The position numbers and the translations under genes were made by a program. Positions 21,029 through 31,400 of a DNA stretch of 64,000 nucleotides are shown here, piece after piece; position 1 is the first letter of the stretch, and every line of letters starts with the position of its first letter. Below the pieces are notes generated by a model that was not told the origin of the DNA, did no database searches, and saw nothing but the letters and a program-made list of their open reading frames with translations. Origin of the DNA: Mantamonas sphyraenae STR306 (lineage: Eukaryota > Protista > CRuMs); the NCBI GenBank assembly GCA_026936335.1, contig JAPMXV010000008.1:62001-126000 (forward strand), written 5' to 3'.

Positions 21029-24000
21029 ACGATGCGCTTGTGAGCTTCTCACCTGTACCATCGCTTCCCTGTCCTTCCTTCCCTGTGCCCTTTGCCTCGG
21101 GTTGCCCGTCTGCATCCAAGGCCATGGGTTGCACCTCTCGACGCGTCGCATCCCCGCCACCCGCTGCTGCTGCATTGCTGTTGGGTGTCATGCTGCCGCC
21201 TGGTGAGTTCAAACTGGATCCGATGGTGTCCACACGTCCGCTTTCGATGCTGGATTGGATCGCTCGTTCGCTGTCCTCCAACCTGCGCCTCTCCACGTCC
21301 TCCTCCATCCTTCGCTTGGCCTCCTCCAACACCGTCTTCTTCTTCTTCGCCTTGGCCAACGCCTCCCGGTCCTTCTTGGCACGTGCCTCCTTGGCCTCCG
21401 CCGCAATCCGCTTCTCCTGCTCCAACAGACGCATCTTGCGCTCCAGCTTCTCCAGATTGAAGGCGATGCCGTTCACGTAGGGATGGTTGGCACCCAACAC
21501 ACGCTGTGCAATCTCAATTGCCTCCTGATAGTGTGTGCGTGCCTGCTCGTACTGTTCCATCAGTTCGTGCACAGCACCCATGTTGTGCAACGACGCACTC
21601 ACGTCCTCGTGAAAGTGGCCCCGCACCCGTTCGTACACCTCACGAGCGGACTCGAAGCACGTCAGCGCACCCTCCAGCTTGTTTTGCTCCTGCAACACCA
21701 CACCCAGGCTCGTGTACGTCGATGCCACCTGCACACTGTCCCGTCCCGACGAACGCAGACGCAACTCCAATGCCTCCCGATAGTACGCCTCTGCCTCTTT
21801 GGGTTTGCCCAGCCGTGCGGCAATCTGTGCCAGTGTGGTCACGCTGCCCACCACCGCCGACGCTGCCTCCACAGATGACGCCGTGCCCTTCTTTGCATTG
21901 TGACGCTCAATGGCCAGCGCACGCATCAGATACGAACGTGCATCCTCGTACCGTTCCATCTTCACGTACAACGAGCCCAAATTCGACAAACTCGCTGCAA
22001 GATCCGGATGGTGCTTGTTCAGCTGCGCCTCACGGATTTCCAGCGCACGCTTAAACAGCTCCTCCGCACGCACGTGGTTGCCCTGCTTGAAACTCAAGCC
22101 ACCCAGGTTGGTGAGACTGGCTGCCGTCTCCGAGCTGTCCTCGCCCAGGGCCGTGTTGCGAATGTCCAGCGCCATCTTGGCGAACCGCACGGCGCCGTTG
22201 ATGTCTCCGCTGGCCTTGGCAATCACCGCCAGGTTGTTCAGACTGGCGGCAGTGTCCGGATGATCCAGACCCAACACCTTTTGGCGGATGGCCAGTGCGC
22301 GTTGGGACAGGGGACGTGCCCGGTCATACATGCCTTGGCTCTTGTACAGACCCGAGAGGTTGTTCAGAGAGGTGGCCACCGCAGGGTGGTCCTTGCCCAG
22401 CACCGATTCGCGAATCTGCAACGCGCGCTGGTAAAACTCCTCTGCCAGGCCGTACTTGCGTTGCTTCTTGTACAGGAAGCCCAGGTTGTTGAACGCAGAA
22501 GCGACCTCGCGGTGTTCCTCACCGTAGCAGTCCACCAGCATGTCGATGGCTCGCCGTTGAAGCCGTTCCGCCTCGTTGAAGTTGCCCGTTTGTGCACTGA
22601 GCAACACCAGCGGATTCAGCGACGATGCCACCTTGGGATGTTCCAACCCGTACAGCTTCTCGTTCACCGCCAACGAACGCGAGTACAGATTCACGGCCTG
22701 TTTGAACTTGCGCAAACGCGTACACAGGGTGCCCAGCAGCTCCAGCGTCTGCGCCACCTCCTCGCTCACGGGACCCTTCACCGACTCGAGGATTTCCAAC
22801 GCACGCTGGTGCAAGGCCACACTGTTTTCCCACCTGTCCGGTTGCTTCTGGTACAGTTCGCCAAGGACGTTGAGCACGGTGGCCAACTCCTCGCTCACCG
22901 CCCCATACTGCTCCTCCATGAGCTTGCCGGCCATCTTCAGCGACTCCTGCGCCTCTTCCACTTCGTTCAACTCCATCAACGCCGCACCCCGGATCAGCCA
23001 CAGGTGGCCCAGTTTCTCGCCCTGCTTCAGGGTCGATGCAAACGCACGTGCCATGTCCAACCGTTGCTCGGCACGATAGATGGTGTGCAGACCCGAACTC
23101 AGCATGCTAAACAGGCGATCGATGCTCACCGTGTCCGCAATGGCATCCAGATGCTGCAACGCAGATTCCAGATCGCTCAACAGCAAGGCTTGCTTGCTGC
23201 TGCGTCGGCGATGGTCACTCACACGGTCCGCCTGTTTGATCAGAAGGCCAACCATGCGGAGGTACTTGCGGTGCAGGCTGTTGACCACACGCTCCAGCGC
23301 GCTGTCCCCGAGGTTGCTGCTGAGCATGTCATCCTGGTCCTGTTGCACCTGCTTGCCGCCTTGTACCTTGCTGCTCAGACCCTCAAGGAGCCAGTCGCGA
23401 TTGGCACGCAGCAGGGCGGCGATGTTTTTGTCCATGTGCAGCATGACTTGGTTGTAGTCCCATCCCGGTGTTTCCGAGGCAATGCGCACGAGTGCGGGCA
23501 CGACCAGGTGCGACGTCATGCACAGGTCCAGTGTTTCAGAGTCCAAACGCAGTGCCTTGTGCTGGGCCTCCTGGTCACGCTTGCGCGACAACTCTGTGGG
23601 CGGGTCCGACACGGTGTACAGGCGATTGTTGGTTTCGCGCCACAGCGACAGATACTCCTCCACGCAGGCCTCCATGTCCTCTTCGTCCAGTTGCACCACC
23701 GCCAGCGAGGCCATGGTGAACAGCGACGGAAACACAGAGCAACTGTGCAGCATCTCCTTGGTGGCGGCGGTTTGAAAGTGTGCAGCACGGTGCGTACCAC
23801 GACGGTGAGCGGATTGGGGTGCGAGTCGCTGGCACTGCTGGAAGGTGCCAGCTGAGCGAGTGTGTCCACAACCTCTTCAAAGGTCAACCCCATGGAAGTG
23901 CTGTCCTTGAGGAAGCGACCCAGCAGCGACAGGGCCAACGGGTGGCCTGCACAGATGGCCATGCACTGAGCCATCTGTTTCTCGCGGTTCTTGCGCGCCG

Positions 24001-26082
24001 TGGGCATCTTGGGGATGTGCTTCTTCACGTGTGCACGCAACAGTCGCTCCGCCTCTTCGTCGTCCAGGTAATCGGTGTGCACCGCCGCCGCCAGTGTTCC
24101 CCACCTCTTCTCGTCCCACAGCACCGACTTGCCGTCATCGCTGCGATCCAGCGGCATGCGCGACGTCACCACCACCAAGGCACGCCGGTTGCGCGGCAGC
24201 AGCGGCTCCACACTGGCCATGTCTGGTGCATCGTCCACCACCAACACAGAGTACGCCGAGTTGAAACAGCGCAAATAGTGTTCGCGCAGCTTGCCGTCGT
24301 CCGAGGGCACCGATCCCGTGGGACTGTGTTGCAGGATCACCGACGATATCGCAAGGTGCATGCTCAGCGGTGTCTCGGACGACGATCCAAGGTCCACCTG
24401 CATGCTGCGCGACACAATGTTGTTCTCACGTGCTTGTCGTGCCACCAGCGACGCAAGTGCGCTCTTGCCCGTGCACGCCGGGCCGTGGATGTACACGGTG
24501 ATGAGGTCGGTGGCACGCTGGTGTGCCTTGTTGAACCCTTTGATGATCTGTTCCGTCTGTCTATCCATGCCAAACAGAGGTCCCACGTGCGGCTTTTTCA
24601 ACACCGTCGACGGCATCTTCAGAGGCATCTTGTTGCCCACCTGCATGTCGACGTGGTGCCACTCCAGACGCACCTCGTTGCGTGCCAATTTGCCGCGCCA
24701 CACTGCCTGGATGCGTGTCGCTGCCGTTTCCAGCTTCAGTTGCTCCACGCGCGCCTGCTCCTGCTTTGCTTCCAGCACACCCATCTTGCGCACGCGTGCG
24801 CCCTTGTACGTCGCCTGGATCTTGGTTGCCGCTTCGTGCTGTTTCTTCAGTTCCTTGCGTGCTGCGTGTCCTCGGTATGCGCTCTGGATCGCCGTCGCCT
24901 GTCCGTGCACAAAGTTCATCTCACGACGGATGCGCACGCCACGGTACCACGCTTGCAGTCGGATGATGACACGGATCATGCGCATCTTCTGCAGCTTCTT
25001 GGCTTCTTCGGCCTGCTGCCTGGCCAAGTGTCCCCTGTAGTTTGCTTGAATTGTGGTGGCTGCACGTTCCTTTTTCTGATCCTGATTACGCGACTGGCGT
25101 CCACGCACCTGTGCCTGAATCTTGGTGGCTGCCTGGTGCCTGTGTCCCAGCTCCTTGCGTTCCTGATGGCCGCGGAACCCTGCCTGGATGATGGTGGCTG
25201 CCTGTGCCCGTGCGGACTCCTTTGTGCGCACGTGGTGGCCCCTGTACACGGCCTGGATTTTCAGAGCCGACGCCTCACGCTCCTGCGCCACCCGTTTCTT
25301 CTCCTCCTCCGGGTCGTACTTGATGCGCTTCTCCAGTTTGGCCCGCTTGATGGCCAGTTCCACCTCCTCCTCCTGTGTGCGTTCGTGCGACGCCCTGTAG
25401 CTCGGCGAGTTGGTGTACGGGTTATACTGGTCCGCTTCCGCGTCGTACTCGGGCATCCGTTCGCTCACAAACGACGAGTCCCACGGTTTGCTGTGGTCCA
25501 CTCGCTCCACCCCTTCCCCTTCTTCGCCCGCTCCGGCGGCCCCCGGGCTGTACACGTCGTCCACACCCTTCTTCTTGCGTGCCCGTGGACTGACGCCGTT
25601 CTTGCCGCCGTTGCTGCTGTTGCTCGTGTTGTTCGCCGCCGTCTTGGACGCCGAGCTGGCCGTGCCCATCTTTGACAAATCTCTGCCTGGACTCACTCCC
25701 CTCCTGGCCGGTTTGCTCTTACTGCTGCTGCTGCTGCTTTTGCCTCCCGTCCTTGCAGCGGGGGGCGTGGTGGCAGAAGCTGCGCTGCTTGGGCTGTGGC
25801 TGCTTTTGGTCGTCTTTGCCGTGGTTGCCTTTTTGTCACTCTGCGTACCTGTCTGCTGCTTGGTTGTCTTCTTGCCGTTGCTCTTGTTCTTGGCTTTCTC
25901 TTGAGTTGTTTCGTTGTGTGCTGCTGCCTTTTCCGGCGTTGCCGTTGTTGTCGTGAGTGTGGGTGTGGGTGTGGGTGTGGGTGACGTCTGCTTGGCTTGC
26001 TCCACATCGTCCACCACCACTTGCTCGGTCGTGTTGGCCTTGTTTGTCTCTTCTTTCTGTACATTCTCTGCGGCAGGTGGTG

Positions 26083-26126
<44 letters not shown>

Positions 26127-28388
26127 TTGTTCCCATTCGATGTCTTGCGCGCCGCCAGTGAGCTGCTGGATCCCGTGCGTGCATGTCCTTTGCCTTTTCC
26201 CCTGCCTGTGCCTTGCGTTGACTTTGTGTCTGATGCGCGACCATTCTGCGTCTCTTCCACGGACGACAACGACGACAATTCGTCCTGCTTCTCACCCTCC
26301 TCCTCCGCGTCACCTGCCCCTGCGTGCCTCTTGGCCAAATCAATGCCACTGGACGAGCCCGTAAGTTGGCTCATGGACACCTGCGACAGATTGCTGCTGC
26401 GACGCGCCAAATACCCGCGAAATTGGGCCTGAATGAGGGTGGCCGCCTGCGACTCCTCAGCACGTGCCCTGTGCACGTCTGGCAAGCTGCGTGCGGTGAC
26501 CTGTTCCGAGTGCACACTGGTGAGTGGATCCAGCGAGCCTCCCTCCAAGTCGTTGTCGTTGCCGTCGTCGTCGCCGCCGTCGCCGCCGTTGTTCATTGGC
26601 GGCGGATCGGATTGCAGGGCGTCGTACAGGAGTGCGGCACACTCTTTGTATCCGCCGTTGCGTGCCACATCATATGCCGTGAGTCCCTTGGCGTCCTTGA
26701 GGTGGACATTGAGTTTGAGCCCCAGCAGGATGCGCAGGACGTCGCGTCGACCAGCCTCGGCGGCGGCGTGACCCACTGTGCGTCCCGAGTTGTTGGTCAG
26801 GTTGACCTTGGCGTGGCCGTCCAACACCAGGGTTTCCACCACCTCGACGACATCGGCAGCAAACATGGATCGTGTGCGCACGTCGACCTCGGCATCCCTC
26901 TCTGCCGCCACACTGTAGTGCAACGCCGTGTTGCCTGCAGTGTCGGCCTGGTTCACATCCACCCCTGCACCCACCAACCAGGCTGTGAGTGTGGGATTGG
27001 CATTTTTGGCGGCGACGTGAAGACCCGTGAGTGCTGCGGGACCGGACAGGTGCAGATCGGCGCCGCTCTGGATGAGGTACCCTGCAATGTCTTCGTTGTT
27101 GGACATGATGGCCAGGTGCAAGGCGGTCCAACCCTGGGCGTCGACCACGTTGACGTCCGGATTGAGATTCAACAGTTGTGCCACACACTCGGTGGACCCT
27201 GCCAGGGCACCCAGATGCAAGGCCGTGCGACCCATTGCATTCGTGCGATTCACATCAAAGTCGGCCGATGTCTTTGGGTTGTCCTGTTTGGCCACCACCA
27301 TAATGTTCAACGCCGATTCGGCGTTGAGCAGGGTGGCATACTGCACGGCATTGTTGCCCGTCGACGGGTCGCACTCCTCCTCCACATCGTACCCCAACGA
27401 GATCAGTGTGCTCAATGCAAACAACGCCCCTTGCTCAATGGCCACCTCCACGGGGCTTAGGCCGGCGTTGTTCCGCTGTTTCATCAGACGCTTGTCCAGC
27501 TTGTGCACCAGAAGCACCACATCCTGCTCATCCGTGCCCACCGCGTGGTGCATGATGTTCTCCCCATCCGGTGTCTGTGTCCAGTGTACCCATGCATGCG
27601 ATTGCGTGTCAATACCATGTGTGTGGGTAGGTGGGTGTGGGTGGGTGGACGGGGGTGGGCGGAGCAGGCTCAAACGAGGAGAAACCCAACCCCGCGGGCA
27701 TGCCACTCACCTTGTACGCTACCACCGCCCCGTATCGTTCCAGAAGCTCCACTTCCTTCAGATTGCCTGATCGAACGGCCAACACGAGTGGAGTCATTCC
27801 CTGTGTGGATGCGAGTGTGTGAGAGAGTGTCAGTGTGAGTGTGAGTGGGTGAGGCTTTTGATATTTGGCAGCCCGCCGACCGTTGCCCGATCATCTCTTT
27901 TCGGGGACGCTGCTCGCCGCACAGACGCAACCAGCGCTCGTGAACACCGGAATATCGAGGCAGGTGCGGTATGGGTGGATGATACAGTGGAGGCAATGAC
28001 GCATGGGTGTGCAGGACAGGGCAGGAGAGCCTGGAAAAGCGGGTGCCGAAAGGGAGAACCTACGCTGGTTGTCTTGAGTTCGGTCTTGGCTCCCTTGGCC
28101 AGGAGGAACTTGGTGAGGGGTGGATTGCCCTGGCGAGCAGCGACATGGAGGGCGGTTTCGCCGTTGGGCATCTGTGCGTTGATGGAAGCTCCGTTGGCCA
28201 GCAAATCGGGCACAACGTCGAGCGAGGCGTTCTGGCAGGCCAGGCACAAGGCCGTCCATCCGTCCGACGTGGCTCTGTTGAGCAGCTCCACTTTCGAACG
28301 CTCCTCCATCAGGTCCAGAAACGCCACCAGCTTTGCCTGTTGGTCCGTGACCACGAGTTGGATCATGCGGTCGTGCAAACGAGGACAT
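19697..28388 (-). CDS. Giant ankyrin-IQ-NB-ARC(STAND)-TPR protein (introns ~28063-27801 and ~27710-27575; frameshifts ~28380, ~23775, ~20485)
   Basis: Ankyrin repeats (GWTAL, GETALH, GRTALH, GNTALH); about 10 IQxxxRGxxxR motifs; Walker A GPACTGKS; Walker B VLVVDD; VVTSR; CAGHPLAL; KLC-type TPRs (HPAVATSLNNL). Confidence 0.8.
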
Positions 28389-28493
28389 TCTCTCTCTCTC
28401 TCTCTCCGCCAGGCTTTGGCCACAGCCGCGCCACTTGCCCCAAAAGCGTGCCCTCCACTCATCGACCCAATTTTTGGTTCCGGCGTTTTTGTG
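28389..28493. promoter_or_regulatory. Putative ~105-bp bidirectional promoter between the ANK-IQ-STAND-TPR gene and STIL
   Basis: Divergent start codons flank the gap, which contains a (CT)n tract. Confidence 0.5.
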
Positions 28494-31400
28494 ATGTCCA
28501 TGTCCATGAGTGTGCCAATCGACACGGTGCGTGTCCCTGGGAAGCATGAGGAGGATCCCAAGGTGCTCAACGTGAGCCGAGTGAATTTGAGCCGGCGGCC
28601 GAGGATGGACACCACGCAGGTGCGTGTGCAGTCCAGCTCCTTCCATCCACTGCAAGAGGGCGCCTCCTCATCCTCATCCTCATCCAACGAGCGACTGTCT
28701 GCGCGTTCCTTGAGCCGTTCGCGTATCCCAAAGCCGAGCAAAGTGCCGTCGCAGCATCGGCGGCGTCGCGGCGAAGACGCGTTCAAACACGCGCGTGCGG
28801 GCGAGTGGGGCGCACAGCCCATGGCCTTTGGCGCGTCGCGGATGACGATGGGTGGAGAGATGGAGGATGATCAGGGCGAGGGAGAGGATGAGGATGAGGA
28901 GCATGTGGACAAGGTGGAGGCGTGGGCGGCACAGACGATGCAAGCGAAAAGTGGCGCCAAATCGGCGCTGAACGCGGATTCGCGCCAAACGCGAAGTGCG
29001 TTGCACATGACACGCGAGGAACGCTTCCGACTGAAATTGGAGCAGAGTGTACAACGTAGCATGGAGTCACAAGAGCACAGTCTTCGTGGTGGTCAGCAGC
29101 GTGGCACATTGGGTTCCCACCACCAGGCCTACGCACACAGCGTGGCAACCAGCAGCGTGTTCAATGCCCAGGCCGGCATCTACGGCACCGGCTCCTCCTT
29201 CTTTCCCGAAAGCAACAGCAGCAGTGGTGGTGCTGGTGTTGGTGGTGCTGGTGGTGACAACGGCAACATGCGACGCAGAGAGGATGCAAGGATGGGAGGA
29301 GGAGCGGATGAGGCTGAGGGACACAAGCAGGAGCTGGAGGAGAGACGCAACCGTGAAATCGCGGCATTGTTGGGTCACAGTGTGAGTGAATCGCATCATA
29401 GCAACCACACACGGGCACGGTTGGAGGAGTTGGACGATGTGGACAATGTCAACCTGCGATCGGTGCTGGTGCAGAACAAGCGACTGTTTGATGAGCACAT
29501 CCCGAGGGACGCCAAGTACAGCGAACAGTACCAGGAGTCGAAGGAAAGGGCGGCGGCAACACAGGAGGCGTTGGAGGAGGAGGGACGGCAGAAGATGGCG
29601 CTGGAAACATTCACTGGGGTGGAGCGTGTGTTGCGCTTCCCACTGGTGCGTGCCATGCTGTGGGACAGGACGGCGCAGGGGGCGGTGGAGGAGGTGCGTG
29701 CTCAGCTGCAGGTGCCTGCCATGCAGATGCGACGTGCGGCTCTGGCGGCGTTGTACAAGCATGTGGCGGCACACGAACGCAGGGCTGCACGCACGGGAGG
29801 GGTGGTGGAAGACGGCTTTGTCATCGGTTCCCTCTCGGTGATTGATTTGCTGAGCACACGCGACGGCAGTAGCAGACGGTACGTGAGCGGTGCGTCGGTG
29901 CAACAGGAGGACCAGTTGCAAAAGTATGCGTTGCATCTCAGCCTGGACAGGCTGGATACGGGCAAGACGGTGCGTGTGGAGAGCAGAAACGGAAGTGGTG
30001 GCAATGAGGGCGAGGGTGGTGCCACGCTGAGCTACCAGCGGGTGCCAAGCAGCAAATTGCCCGAAGAGGACGTGCCTGTGCAACTCAAGGTGGGCGAGAG
30101 CAAGGAGGATGCGACGGCGTCGTTCAGCGTGCGTGAGTACACAATGATGATGGCTCAGGCGGCGCACAGGCTGACAACACGGAGCAGCAAGCCGAGCAGC
30201 AGCCAGATGGGACGGATTGCAGAGCTTCTCAACGTCAGTGTCAAGTGTGTGACCCACCACGGGTGTGCAGACGTACCCAACGGCAAGATGCGCGTGCACG
30301 GCGAACTGATGTTGCCGTCCCTGCGTCTGCGTCTGAGTGTGATCAATTGCCTGCGCATTGTGCCCACCACCCTGGCAAAGTCGCTGCAGGCCGGCGGTGA
30401 GTACGCAGGCGCAGGCGTCACGTCGGGCTTCCTGACCATGGACCAGACGCGCAAACTCATCCCATTGCTGGAGAGCGACCAAAAGGTGTACGAGTGTCCC
30501 CTGGTGGGTCTGTGGATTTCAGGCATCACAGACGTACGCCATCCGCTGGTGTGGGCGCTGAGCCTCAAGTTTCTGCACAGCAGCAAGATTCGCGAGCGCG
30601 TGTTTATGGACAATGCCGCCTTTCTCGTGCTGCTCTACCCAAGCAAGAGCAACATGGAGATCCAGGGAGTCAAGATTGGCCAGCCCAAGCTCTACGATTG
30701 CCACATGGACCACGCAGCCAACGCATGGCAACGCTTTGGATTCAGTGAGTTGGTGGATCCGCTGGCACGCAGTGGTGGTGGTGGTGGTGGTGGTGGCAGC
30801 GGCGGCGGCGACGTTGCAAACTTTTTCTTTTTGCCCGTGACGACGGACGAAGACAACCGCAGGTTTGCACGCGCGTGGCGCACGTTGCACCAACACCAGC
30901 AACGGGTGGCAGCACGCAAGCAGCGTGTGGAGGACATCAAGGCTGGTGTGGGGGTGCAGGGACACACACAGGACAATGGGGAGGGTGCGGATGATGAGGA
31001 GGAGGCGACGTCGTCGGGTTCGTTGAACCAAACCGCTCGCCTGCGCAAGGCACGCATGGCTCGCAAGGCCAAGGCGGAGAAGCGACGACAGAAGCGACGT
31101 GGTGGTGCACACAGGAAGGACGCGGATGTGGAGGAAGAGGCAACCGGGGACGGCAGCAGCAAGGACAAGGGCAAGGGCAAGCAGGAAACGATCAACTGGA
31201 GGGAGATGAAGGTGGAAGAGAAGCGATTTGATCGCAAGGGTAACAGTGAGCTGGTGCAGGCAGCGAGGCAGCTGCTGGAGCAGCAGGAGGAGGAACCGCT
31301 GGATTTGGATGTCAGCACCTTGTACGGGTTGGAGTTTCGTGACGAGGAAGAGGGGGAAGAGGAGCAAGAAGAGGAGGATGAGGATGAAGAGGAGGATGAA

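Noticed and set aside
21470-23000. ~126-bp periodicity as a CRISPR-like or mobile repeat
   Set aside because: Explained by degenerate 42-aa TPR coding repeats.
21900-25675. Long antisense ORFs (e.g. 21900-23855, 23780-25675, 30519-32630, 61987-63543)
   Set aside because: Shadow ORFs of GC-rich coding sequence with no recognisable motifs.
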